A DNA stretch of 64,000 bases. Source: Eledone cirrhosa. Lineage: Eukaryota. The DNA lies in contig OZ024744.1 in the NCBI GenBank assembly GCA_964016885.1, forward strand, positions 26,846,001 to 26,910,000. The letters run 5' to 3'. The notes below the pieces were generated by a model, which made no database searches, was not told the origin of the DNA, and worked only from the letters and a program-made list of their open reading frames with translations. The translations under genes were made by a program, and so were the position numbers. This document shows, one piece after another, positions 1 to 12,895 of this stretch (positions within the stretch are counted from its first letter, which is position 1; each line of letters opens with the position of its first letter).

Positions 1-3000
1 GGGCCAGGGACACCAGAAGTCTCCACTGCTACGGCTAGGCATCTCAGTGCATGTGGTGGTAAGAAGGGAGGTAACCTGAGGGCCAGGGACACCAGACGTC
101 TCCACTGTTACGGGTAGGCATCTCAGTGCATGTGGTGGTAACAAGGGAGGTAACCTTAGGGCCAAGGACACCAGAAATCTCCACTGTTGCGGCTAGGCAT
201 CTCAGTGCATGTGGTGGTAAGAAAGGAAGTAACCTTTGGGCCAAGGACACCAGAAGTCTCCACTGTTACGGCTAGGCATCTCAGTGCATGTGGTGGTAAG
301 AAGGGAGGTAACCTTAGGGCCAGGGACACCAGAAGTCTCCACTGCTACGGCTAGGCATCTCAGTGCATGTGGTGGTAAGAAGGAAGTAACCTTAGGGCCA
401 AGGACACCAGAAGTCTCCACTGTTACGGCTAGGCATCTCAGTGCATGTGGTGGTAAGAAGGGAGGCAACCTTAGGGCCAGGGACACCAGAAGTCTCCACT
501 GTTACGGCTAGGCATCTCAGTGCATGTGGTGCTAAGAAGGGAGTTAACCTTAGGGCCAGGGACACCAGAAGTCTCCACTGCTACGGCTAGGCATCTCAGT
601 GCATGTGGTGGTAAGAAGGGAGGTAACCTTAGAGCCAGGGACAGCAGAAGTCTCCACTGCTACCGCTAGGCATCTCAGTGCATGTGGTGGTAAGAAGGGA
701 GGTAACCTTAGGGCCAGGGACACCAGACGTCTCCAATGTTACGGCTAGGCATCTCAGTGCATGTGGTGGTAAGAAATGAAGTAACCTTTGGGCCAAGGAC
801 TCCAGAAGTCTCCACTGTTACGGCTAGGCATCTCAGTGCATGTGGTGGTAAGAAGGGAGGTAACCTCAGGGCCAGGGACACCAGAAGTCTCTACTGCTAC
901 GGCTAGGCATCTCAGTGCATGTGGTGGTAAGAAGGAAGTAACCTTAGGGCCAAGGACACCAGAAGTCTCCACTGTTACGGCTAGGCATCTCAGTGCATGT
1001 GGTGGTAAGAAGGGAGGTAACCTTAGGGCCAAGGACACCAGAAGTCTTCACTGTTACGGCTAGGCATGTCAGTGCATGTGGTGGTAAGAAGGGTGGTAAC
1101 CTTAGTGCCAGGGACACCAGAAGTCTCCACTGTTACGGCTAGGCATCTCAGTGCATATGGTTGTAAGAAAGGAGGTAAACTTAGGGCCAGCGACACCAGA
1201 AGTCTCCACTGTTACGACTAGGCATCTCAGTGGATGTGGTGGTAAGAAGGGAGGTAACCTTAGGGCCAGGGACACCAGAAGTCTCCACTGTTACGGCTAG
1301 GCATCTCAGTGCATGTGGTGCTAAAAAGGGAGGTAACCTTAGGGCCAGGGACACCAGAAGTCTCCACTGCTAAGGCTAGGCATCTCAGTGCATGTGGTGG
1401 TAAGAAGGGAGGTAACCTTAGGGCCAGGGACAACAGAAGTCTCCACTGCTACCGCTAGGCATCTCAGTGCATGAGGTGGTAAGAAGGGAGGTAACCTTAG
1501 GGCCAGGGACACCAAAGTCTCCACTGCTACGGCTAGGCTTCTCAGTGCATGTGGTGGTAAGAAGGGATGTAACCTTCGGGCCAGGGACACCAGGAGTCTC
1601 CACTGCTACGGCTAGGCATCTCAGTGCATGTGGTGGTAAGAAGGAAGTAACCTCAGGGCCAAGGACACCAGAAGTCTCCACTGCTACGACTAGGCATCTC
1701 AGTGCATGTGGTGGTAAGAAGGGAGGTAACCTGAGGGCCAGGGACACCAGACGTCTCCACTGTTACGGGTAGGCATCTCAGTGCATGTGTTGCTAAGAAG
1801 GGAGGTAACCTTAGGGCCAGGGACAGCAGAAGTCTCCACTGCTACCGCTAGGCATCTCAGTGCATGTGGTGGTAAGAAGGGAGGTAACCTGAGGGCCAGG
1901 GACACCAGACGTCTCCACTGCTACGGCTAGGCATCTCAGTGCATGTGGTGGTAAGAAGGAAGTAACCTTAGGGCCAAGGACACCAGAAGTCTCCACTGTT
2001 ACGGCTAGGCATCTCAGTGCATGTGGTGGTAAGAAGGGAGGTAACCTCAGGGCCAGGGACACCAGAAGTCTCCACTGCTACGGCTAGGCATCTCAGTGCA
2101 TGTGGTGGTAAGAAGGAAGTAACCTTAGGGCCAAGGACACCAGAAGTCTCCACTGTTACGGCTAGGCATCTCAGTGCATGTGGTGGTAAGAAGGGAGGTA
2201 ACCTTAGGGACAGGGACACCAGAAGTCTCCACTGCTACGGCTAGGCATCTCAGTGCATGTGGTGGTAAGAAGGAAGGAACCGTAGGGCCAAGGACACCAG
2301 AAGTCTCCACTCTTACGGCTAGGCATCTCAGTGCATGTAGTTGTAAGAAGGGAAGTAACCTTAGGGCCAGGGACACCAGAAGTCTCCACTGCTACGGCTA
2401 GGCATCTCAGTGCATGTGGTGGTAAGAAGGAAGTAACCTTAGGGCCAGGGACACCAGAAGTCTCCACTGCTACGGCTAGACATCTCAGTGCATGTGGTGG
2501 TAAGAAGGGAGGTAACCTAAGGGCCAGGGACACCAGAAGTCTCCACTGTTACGGCTAGGCATCTCAGTGCTAGTGGTGGTAAGAAGGGAGGTAACCTTAG
2601 GGCCAGGGACACCAGAAGTCTCCACTGTTACGGCTAGGCATGTCAGTGCATGAGGTGGTAAGAAGGGTGGTAACCTTAGGGCCAGGGACACCAAAAGTCT
2701 CCACTGCTACGGCTAGGCATCTCAGTGCATGTGGTGGTAAGAAGGGAGGTAACCTTAGGGCCAGGGACACCAGAAGTCTCCACTGCTACGGCTAGGCATC
2801 TCAGTGCATGTGGTGGTAAGAAGGAAGTAACCTCAGGGCCAAGGACACCAAAAGTCTCCACTGTTACGGCTAGGCATCTCAGTGCATGTGGTGGTAAGAA
2901 GGAAGTAACCTCAGGGCCAAGGACACCAGAAGTCTCCACTGCTACGACTAGGCATCTCAGTGCATGTGGTGGTAAGAAGGGAGGTAACCTGAGGGCCAGG

Positions 3001-6000
3001 GACACCAGACGTCTCCACTGTTACGTCTAGGCATCTCAGTGCATGTGGTGGTAAGAAGGGAGGTAACCTCAGGGCCAGGGACACCAGAGGTCTCTACTGC
3101 TACGGCTAGGCATCTCAGTGCATGTGGTGGTAAGAAGGAAGTAACCTTAGGGCCAAGGACACCAGAAGTCTCCACTGTTATGGCTAGGCATCTCAGTGCA
3201 TGTGGTGGTAAGAAGGGAGGTAACCTTAGGGCCAAGGACACCAGAAGTCTTCACTGTTACGGCTAGGCATGTCAGTGCATGTGGTGGTAAGAAGGGTGGT
3301 AACCTTAGTGCCAGGGACACCAGAAGTCTCCACTGTTACGGCTAGGCATCTCAGTGCATATGGTTGTAAGAAAGGAGGTAAACTTAGGGCCAGGGACACC
3401 AGAAGTCTCCACTGTTACGGCTAGGCATCTCAGTGGATGTGGTGGTAAGAAGGGAGGTAACCTTAGGGCCAGGGACACCAGAAGTCTCCACTGTTACGGC
3501 TAGGCATCTCAGTGCATGTGGTGCTAAGAAGGGAGGTAACCTTAGGGCCAGGGACACCAGAAGTCTCCACTGCTACGGCTAGGCATCTCAGTGCATGTGG
3601 TGGTAAGAAGGGAGGTAACCTGAGGGCCAGGGACACCAGACGTCTCCACTGTTACGGGTAGGCATCTCAGTGCATGTGGTGGTAACAAGGGAGGTAACCT
3701 TAGGGCCAAGGACACCAGAAATCTCCACTGTTACGGCTAGGCATCTCAGTGCATGTGGTGGTAAGAAAGGAAGTAACCTTTGGGCCAAGGACACCAGAAG
3801 TCTCCACTGTTACGGCTAGGCATCTCAGTGCATGTGGTGGTAAGAAGGGAGGTAACCTTAGGGCCAGGGACACCAGAAGTCTCCACTGCTACGGCTAGGC
3901 ATCTCAGTGCATGTGGTGGTAAGAAGGAAGTAACCTTAGGGCCAAGGACACCAGAAGTCTCCACTGTTACGGCTAGGCATCTCAGAGCATGTGGTGGTAA
4001 GAAGGGAGGCAACCTTAGGGCCAGGGACACCAGAAGTCTCCACTGTTACGGCTAGGCATCTCAGTGCATGTGGTGCTAAGAAGGGAGTTAACCTTAGGGC
4101 CAGGGACACCAGAAGTCTCCACTGCTACGGCTAGGCATCTCAGTGCATGTGGTGGTAAGAAGGGAGGTAACCTTAGGGCCAGGGACAGCAGAAGTCTCCA
4201 CTGCTACCGCTAGGCATCTCAGTGCATGTGGTGGTAAGAAGGGAGGTAACCTTAGGGCCAGGGACACCAGACGTCTCCACTCTTACGGGTAGGCATCTCA
4301 GTGCATGTGGTGGTAAGAAAGGAAGTAACCTTTGGGCCAAGGACACCAGAAGTCTCCACTGTTACGGCTAGGCATCTCAGTGCATGTGGTGGTAAGAAGG
4401 GAGGTAACCTTAGGGCCAGGGACACCAGAAGTCTCCACTGCTACGGCTAGGCATCTCAGTGCATGTGGTGGTAAGAAGGAAGTAACCTTATGGCCAAGGA
4501 CACCAGAAGTCTCCACTGTTACGGCTAGGCATCTCAGTGCATGTGGTGGTAAGAAGGGAGGTAACCTTAGGGCCAGGGACACCAGAAGACTCCACTGCTA
4601 CGGCTAGGCATCTCAGTGCATGTGGTGGTAAGAAGGAAGTAACCTTAGGGCCAGGGACACCAGAAGTCTCCACTGCTACGGCTAGACATCTCAGTGCATG
4701 TGGTGGTAAGAAGGGAGGTAACCTTAAGGCCAGGGACACCAGAAGACTCCACTGTTACGGCTAGGCATCTCAGTGCATGTGGTGGTAAGTATGGAGGTAA
4801 CCTTAGGGCCAAGGACACCAGAAATCTCCAATGTTACGGCTAGGCATCTCAGTGCATGTGGTGGTAAGAAATGAAGTAACCTTTGGGCCAAGGACTCCAG
4901 AAGTCTCCACTGTTACGGCTAGGCATCTCAGTGCATGTGGTGGTAAGAAGGGAGGTAACCTCAGGGCCAGGGACACCAGAAGTCTCTACTGCTACGGCTA
5001 GGCATCTCAGTGCATGTGGTGGTAAGAAGGAAGTAACCTTAGGGCCAAGGACACCAGAAGTCTCCACTGTTACGGCTAGGCATCTCAGTGCATGTGGTGG
5101 TAAGAAGGGAGGTAACCTTAGGGCCAAGGACACCAGAAGTCTTCACTGTTACGGCTAGGCATGTCAGTGCATGTGGTGGTAAGAAGGGTGGTAACCTTAG
5201 TGCCAGGGACACCAGAAGTCTCCACTGTTACGGCTAGGCATCTCAGTGCATATGGTTGTAAGAAAGGAGGTAAACTTAGGGCCAGGGACACCAGAAGTCT
5301 CCACTGTTACGGCTAGGCATCTCAGTGGATGTGGTGGTAAGAAGGGAGGTAACCTTAGGGCCAGGGACACCAGAAGTCTCCACTGTTACGGCTAGGCATC
5401 TCAGTGCATGTGGTGCTAAAAAGGGAGGTAACCTTAGGGCCAGGGACACCAGAAGTCTCCACTGCTAAGGCTAGGCATCTCAGTGCATGTGGTGGTAAGA
5501 AGGGAGGTAACCTTAGGGCCAGGGACAGCAGAAGTCTCCACTGCTACCGCTAGGCATCTCAGTGCATGAGGTGGTAAGAAGGGAGGTAACCTTAGGGCCA
5601 GGGACACCAAAGTCTCCACTGCTACGGCTAGGCTTCTCAGTGCATGTGGTGGTAAGAAGGGATGTAACCTTCGGGCCAGGGACACCAGAAGTCTCCACTG
5701 CTACGGCTAGGCATCTCAGTGCATGTGGTGGTAAGAAGGAAGTAACCTCAGGGCCAAGGACACCAGAAGTCTCCACTGCTACGACTAGGCATCTCAGTGC
5801 ATGTGGTGGTAAGAAGGGAGGTAACCTGAGGGCCAGGGACACCAGACGTCTCCACTGTTACGGGTAGGCATCTCAGTGCATGTGTTGCTAAGAAGGGAGG
5901 TAACCTTAGGGCCAGGGACAGCAGAAGTCTCCACTGCTACCGCTAGGCATCTCAGTGCATGTGGTGGTAAGAAGGGAGGTAACCTGAGGGCCAGGGACAC

Positions 6001-7120
6001 CAGACGTCTCCACTGCTACGGCTAGGCATCTCAGTGCATGTGGTGGTAAGAAGGAAGTAACCTTAGGGCCAAGGACACCAGAAGTCTCCACTGTTACGGC
6101 TAGGCATCTCAGTGCATGTGGTGGTAAGAAGGGAGGTAACCTCAGGGCCAGGGACACCAGAAGTCTCCACTGCTACGGCTAGGCATCTCAGTGCATGTGG
6201 TGGTAAGAAGGAAGTAACCTTAGGGCCAAGGACACCAGAAGTCTCCACTGTTACGGCTAGGCATCTCAGTGCATGTGGTGGTAAGAAGGGAGGTAACCTT
6301 AGGGCCAGGGACACCAGAAGTCTCCACTGCTACGGCTAGGCATCTCAGTGCATGTGGTGGTAAGAAGGAAGGAACCGTAGGGCCAAGGACACCAGAAGTC
6401 TCCACTCTTACGGCTAGGCATCTCAGTGCATGTGGTTGTAAGAAGGGAGGTAACCTGAGGGCCAGGGACACCAGACGTCTCCACTGTTACGGGTAGGCAT
6501 CTCAGTGCATGTGGTGGTAAGAAGGAAGTAACCTTAGGGCCAGGGACACCAGAAGTCTCCACTGCTACGGCTAGACATCTCAGTGCATGTGATGGTAAGA
6601 AGGGAGGTAACCTAAGGGCCAGGGACACCAGAAGTCTCCACTGTTACGGCTAGGCATCTCAGTGCTAGTGGTGTTAAGAAGGGAGGTAACCTTAGGGCCA
6701 GGGACACCAGAAGTCTCCACTGTTACGGCTAGGCATGTCAGTGCATGAGGTGGTAAGAAGGGTGGTAACCTTAGGGCCAGGGACACCAAAAGTCTCCACT
6801 GCTACGGCTAGGCATCTCAGTGCATGTGGTGGTAAGAAGGGAGGTAACCTTAGGGCCAGGGACACCAGAAGTCTCCACTGTAACGGCTAGGCATCTCAGT
6901 GCATGTGGTGGTAAGAAGGAAGTAACCTCAGGGCCAAGGACACCAAAAGTCTCCACTGTTACGGCTAGGCATCTCAGTGCATGTGGTGGTAAGAAGGAAG
7001 TAACCTCAGGGCCAAGGACACCAGAAGTCTCCACTGCTACGACTAGGCATCTCAGTGCATGTGGTGGTAAGAAGGGAGGTAACCTGAGGGCCAGGGACAC
7101 CAGACGTCTCCACTGTTACG
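1..7120. repeat. Block duplication: 1-~3025 vs 3545-~7120, offset 3544 then 4095 bp
   Basis: Markers GGTAACAAGGG (137/3681) and GGAGGCAACC (461/4005) recur at +3544. From ~736 onward markers recur at +4095 (CCAATGTT, AGAAATGAAG, GGACTCC, ACCAAAGTC, GTGCTAGTGG). Confidence 0.85.
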
Positions 7121-7760
7121 GGTAGGCATCTCAGTGCATGTGGTGGTAAGAAGGAAGTAACCTTAGGGCCAAGGACACCAGAAGTCTCCACTGTTACGGC
7201 TAGGCATCTCAGTGCATGTGGTGGTAAGAAGGGAGGTAACCTTAGGGCCAGGGACACCAGAAGTCTCCACTGCTACGGCTAGGCATCTCAGTGCATGTGG
7301 TGGTAAGAAGGAAGGAACCGTAGGGCCAAAGACACCAGAAGTCTCCACTCTTAAGGCTAGGCATCTCAGTGCATGTGGTTGTAAGAAGGGAAGTAACCTT
7401 AGGGCCAGGGACACCAGAAGTCTCCACTGCTACGGCTAGGCATCTCAGTGCATGTGGTGGTAAGAAGGAAGTAACCTTAGGGCCAGGGACACCAGAAGTC
7501 TCCACTGCTACGGCTAGACATCTCAGTGCATGTGGTGGTAAGAAGGGAGGTAACCTAAGGGCCAGGGACACCAGAAGTCTCCACTGTTACGGCTAGGCAT
7601 CTCAGTGCTAGTGGTGGTAAGAAGGGAGGTAACCTTAGGGCCAGGGACACCAGAAGTCTCCACTGTTACGGCTAGGCATGTCAGTGCATGAGGTGGTAAG
7701 AAGGGTGGTAACCTTAGGGCCAGGGACACCAAAAGTCTCCACTACTACGGCTAGGCATCT
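6200..7760. repeat. Tandem duplication, offset 943 bp (12 monomers)
   Basis: Marker AGTGCTAGTGG at 6661 and 7604. ORFs 6220/7163, 6299/7242 and 6580/7523. Confidence 0.7.
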
Positions 7761-10639
7761 CAGTGCATGTGGTGGTAAGAAGGGAGGTAACCTGAGGGCC
7801 AGGGACACCAGACGTCTCCACTGTTACGGGTAGGCATCTCAGTGCATGTGTTGCTAAGAAGGGAGGTAACCTTAGGGCCAGAGACAGCAGAAGTCTCCAC
7901 TGCTACCGCTAGGCATCTCAGTGCATGTGGTGGTAAGAAGGGAGGTAACCTGAGGGCCAGGGACACCAGACGTCTCCACTGTTACGGGTAGGCATCTCAG
8001 TGCATGTGGTGGTAAGAAGGGAGGTAACCTTAGGGCCAAGGACACCAGAAGTCTCCACTGTTACGGCTAGGCATCTCAGTGCATGTGGTGCTAAGAAGGG
8101 AGTTAACCTTAGGGCCAGGGACACCAGAAGTCTCCACTGCTACGGCTAGGCATCTCAGTGCATGTGGTGGTAAGAAGGGAGGTAACCTTAGGGCCAGGGA
8201 CAGCAGAAGTCTCCACTGCTACCGCTAGGCTTCTCAGTGCATGTGGTGGTAAGAAGGGAGGTAACCTTAGGGCCAGGGACACCAGACGTCTCCACTCTTA
8301 CGGGTAGGCATCTCAGTGCATGTGGTGGTAAGAAAGGAAGTAACCTTTGGGCCAAGGACACCAGAAGTCTCCACTGTTACGGCTAGGCATCTCAGTGCAT
8401 GTGGTGGTAAGAAGGGAGGTAACCTGAGGGCCAGGGACACCAGACGTCTCCACTGTTACGGGTAGGCATCTCAGTGCATGTGTTGCTCAGAAGGGAGGTA
8501 ACCTTAGGGCCAGGGACAGCAGAAGTCTCCACTGCTACCGCTAGGCATCTCAGTGCATGTGGTGGTAAGAAGGTAGTTAACCTGAGGGCCAGGGACACCA
8601 GACGTCTCCACTGCTACGGCTAGGCATCTCAGTGCATGTGGTGGTAAGAAGGAAGTAACCTTAGGGCCAAGGACACCAGAAGTCTCCACTGTTACGGCTA
8701 GGCATCTCAGTGCATGTGGTGGTAAGAAGGGAGGTAACCTTAGGGCCAGGGACACCAGAAGTCTCCACTGCTACGGCTAGGCATCTCAGTGCATGTGGTG
8801 GTAAGAAGGAAGGAACCGTAGGGCCAAGGACACCAGAAGTCTCCACTCTTACGGCTAGGCATCTCAGTGCATGTGGTTGTAAGAAGGGAAGTAACCTTAG
8901 GGCCAGGGACACCAGAAGTCTCCACTGCTACGGCTAGGCATCTCAGTGCATGTGGTGGTAAGAAGGAAGTAACCTTAGGGCCAGGGACACCAGAAGTCTC
9001 CACTGCTACTGCTAGACATCTCAGTGCATGTGGTGGTAAGAAGGGAGGTAACCTAAGGGCCAGGGACACCAGAAGTCTCCACTGTTACGGCTAGGCATGT
9101 CAGTGCATGAGGTGGTAAGAAGGGTGGTAACCTTAGGGCCAGGGACACCAAAAGTCTCCACTACTACGGCTAGGCATCTCAGTGCATGTGGTGGTAAGAA
9201 GGGAGGTAACCTTAGGGCCAGGGACACCAGAAGTCTCCACTGCTACGGCTAGGCATCTCAGTGCATGTGGTGGTAAGAAGGAAGTAACCTCAGGGTCAAG
9301 GACACCAAAAGTCTCCACTGTTACGGCTAGGCATCTCAGTGCATGTGGTGGTAAGAAGGGAGGTAACCTTAGGGCCAGGGACACCAGAAGTCTCCACTGC
9401 TACGGCTAGGCATCTCAGTGCATGTGGTGGTAAGAAGGGAGGTAACCTTAGGGCCAAGGACACCAGAAGTCTCCACTGTTACGGCTAGGCATCTCAGTGC
9501 ATGTGGTGGTAAGAAGGGAGGTAACCTTAGGGCCAGCGACACCAGAAGTCTCCACTGCTACGACTAGGCATCTCAGTGCATGTGGTGGTAAGAAGGGAGG
9601 TAACCTTAGGGCCAGGGACACCAGAAGTCTCCACTGCTACGACTAGGCATCTCAGTGCATGTGGTGGTAAGAAGGGAGGTAACCTGAGGGCCAGGGACAC
9701 CAGACGTCTCCACTGTTACGGGTAGGCATCTCAGTGCATGTGGTGCTAAGAAGGGAGGTAACCTTAGGGCCAGGGACAGCAGAAGTCTCCACTGCTACCT
9801 CTAGGCATCTCAGTGCATGTGGTGGTAAGAAGGGAGGTAACCTGAAAGCCAGGGACACCAGACGTCTCCACTGTTACGTCTAGGCATCTCAGTGCATGTG
9901 GTGGTAAGAAGGGAGGTAACCTCAGGACCAGGGACACCAGAAGTCTCTACTGCTACGGCTAGGCATCTCAGTGCATGTGGTGGTAAGAAGGAAGTAACCT
10001 TAGGGCCAAGGACACCAGAAGTCTCCACTGTTATGGCTAGGCATCTCAGTGCATGTGGTGGTAAGAAGGGAGGTAACCTTAGGGCCAAGGACACCAGAAG
10101 TCTTCACTGTTACGGCTAGGCATGTCAGTGCATGTGGTGGTAAGAAGGGTGGTAACCTTAGTGCCAGGGACACCAGAAGTCTCCACTGTTACGGCTAGGC
10201 ATCTCAGTGCATATGGTTGTAAGAAAGGAGGTAAACTTAGGGCCAGGGACACCAGAAGTCTCCACTGTTACGGCTAGGCATCTCAGTGGATGTGGTGGTA
10301 AGAAGGGAGGTAACCTTAGGGCCAGGGACACCAGAAGTCTCCACTGTTACGGCTAGGCATCTCAGTGCATGTGGTGCTAAGAAGGGAGGTAACCTTAGGG
10401 CCAGGGACACCAGAAGTCTCCACTGCTACGGCTAGGCATCTCAGTGCATGTGGTGGTAAGAAGGGAGGTAACCTGAGGGCCAGCGACACCAGACGTCTCT
10501 ACTGCTACGGCTAGGCATCTCAGTGCATGTGGTGGTAAGAAGGAAGTAACCTTAGGGCCAAGGACACCAGAAGTCTCCACTGTTACGGCTAGGCATCTCA
10601 GTGCATGTGGTGGTAAGAAGGGAGGTAAGCTTAGGGCCA

Positions 10640-12895
10640 AGGACACCAGAAGTCTTCACTGTTACGGCTAGGCATGTCAGTGCATGTGGTGGTAAGAAGG
10701 GTGGTAACCTTAGTGCCAGGGACACCAGAAGTCTCCACTGTTACGGCTAGGCATCTCAGTGCATATGGTTTTAAGAAAGGAGGTAAACTTAGGGCCAGGG
10801 ACACCGGAAGTCTCCACTGTTACGGCTAGGCATCTCAGTGGATGTGGTGGTAAGAAGGGAGGTAACCTTAGGGCCAGGGACACCAGAAGTCTCCACTGTT
10901 ACGGCTAGGCATCTCAGTGCATGTGGTGCTAAGAAGGGAGGTAACCTTAGGGCCAGGGACACCAGAAGTCTCCACTGCTAAGGCTAGGCATCTCAGTGCA
11001 TGTGGTGGTAAGAAGGGAGGTAACCTTAGGGCCAGGGACAGCAGAAGTCTCCACTGCTACCGCTAGGCATCTCAGTGCATGAGGTGGTAAGAAGGGAGGT
11101 AACCTTAGGGCCAGGGACACCAAAGTCTCCACTGCTACGGCTAGGCATCTCAGTGCATGTGGTGGTAAGAAGGGAGGTAACCTTCGGGCCAGGGACACCA
11201 GAAGACTCCACTGCTACGGCTAGGCATCTCAGTGCATGTGGTGGTAAGAAGGAAGTAACCTCAGGGCCAAGGACACCAGAAGTCTCCACTGCTACGACTA
11301 GGCATCTCAGTGCATGTGGTGGTAAGAAGGGAGGTAACCTGAGGGCCAGGGACACCAGACGTCTCCACTGTTACGGGTAGGCATCTCAGTGCATGTGTTG
11401 CTAAGAAGGGAGGTAACCTTAGGGCCAGGGACAGCAGAAGTCTCCACTGCTACCGCTAGGCATCTCAGTGCATGTGGTGGTAAGAAGGGAGGTAACCTGA
11501 GGGCCAGGGACACCAGACGTCTCCACTGTTACGGGTAGGCATCTCAGTGCATGTGGTGGTAAGAAGGGAGGTAACCTTAGGGCCAAGGACACCAGAAATC
11601 TCCACTGTTACGGCTAGGCATCTCAGTGCATGTGGTGGTAAGAAAGGAAGTAACATTTGGGCCAAGGACACCAGAAGTCTCCACTGTTACGGCTAGGCAT
11701 CTCAGTGCATGTGGTGGTAAGAAGGGAGGTAACCTTAGGGCCAGGGACACCAGAAGTCTCCACTACTACGGCTAGGCATCTCAGTGCATGTGGTGGTAAG
11801 AAGGAAGTAACCTTAGGGCCAAGGACACCAGAAGTCTCCACTGTTACGGCTAGGTATCTCAGTGCATGTGGTGGTAAGAAGGGAGGAAACCTTAGGGCCA
11901 GGGACACCAGAAGTCTCCACTGCTACGGCTAGGCATCTCAGTGCATGTGGTGGTAAATAGGGAGGTAACCTTAGGGCCAAGGACACCAGAAGTCTTCACT
12001 GTTACGGCTAGGCATGTCAGTGCATGTGGTGGTAAGAAGGGTGGTAACCTTAGTGCCAGGGACACCAGAAGTCTCCACTGTTACGGCTAGGCATCTCAGT
12101 GCATATGGTTTTAAGAAAGGAGGTAAACTTAGGGCCAGGGACACCGGAAGTCTCCACTGTTACGGCTAGGCATCTCAGTGGATGTGGTGGTAAGAAGGGA
12201 GGTAACCTTAGGGCCAGGGACACCAGAAGTCTCCACTGTTACGGCTAGGCATCTCAGTGCATGTGGTTCTAAGAAGGGAGGTAACCTTAGGGCCAGAGAC
12301 ACCAGAAGTCTCCACTGCTAAGGCTAGGCATCTCAGTGCATGTGGTGGTAAGAAGGGAGGTAACCTTAGGGCCAGGGACAGCAGAAGTCTCCACTGCTAC
12401 CGCTAGGCATCTCAGTGCATGAGGTGGTAAGAAGGGAGGTAACCTTAGGGCCAGGGACACCAAAGTCTCCACTGCTACGGCTAGGCATCTCAGTGCATGT
12501 GGTGGTAAGAAGGGAGGTAACCTTCGGGCCAGGGACACCAGAAGTCTCCACTGCTACGGCTAGGCATCTCAGTGCATGTGGTGGTAAGAAGGAAGTAACC
12601 TCAGGGCCAAGGACACCAGAAGTCTCCACTGCTACGACTAGGCATCTCAGTGCATGTGGTGGTAAGAAGGGAGGAAACCTGAGGGCCAGGGACACCAGAC
12701 GTCTCCACTGTTACGGGTAGGCATCTCAGTGCATGTGTTGCTAAGAAGGGAGGTAACCTTAGGGCCAGGGACAGCAGAAGTCTCCACTGCTACCGCTAGG
12801 CATCTCAGTGCATGTGGTGGTAAGAAGGGAGGTAACCTGAGGGCCAGGGACACCAGACGTCTCCACTGTTACGGGTAGGCATCTCAGTGCATGTG
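10640..12895. repeat. Tandem duplication, offset 1340 bp (17 monomers)
   Basis: Markers ACACCGGAAG (10801/12141) and CATATGGTTTTAAG. ORFs 10947/12287, 11026/12366 and 11307/12647. Confidence 0.8.

Noticed and set aside
11-58. Intramonomer hairpin from CACCA/TGGTG and CACTG/CAGTG inverted pentamers
   Set aside because: The stems are only 5 bp with long loops, which is expected by chance, and I saw no compensatory covariation among variants.
1-79. tRNA-, 5S- or SINE-derived tandem gene array (unit length is tRNA-like)
   Set aside because: No B-box (GTTCRANNC), no cloverleaf, no poly-T terminator and no spacer on either strand.
1-160. Satellite-encoded hammerhead ribozyme or retrozyme (as in newt satellite 2 or schistosome Sm-alpha)
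   Set aside because: The minus strand has CTGAGAT, not the CUGANGA core, and the consensus has no suitably placed GAAA or the three required helices. An Infernal/Rfam scan would be the definitive test.
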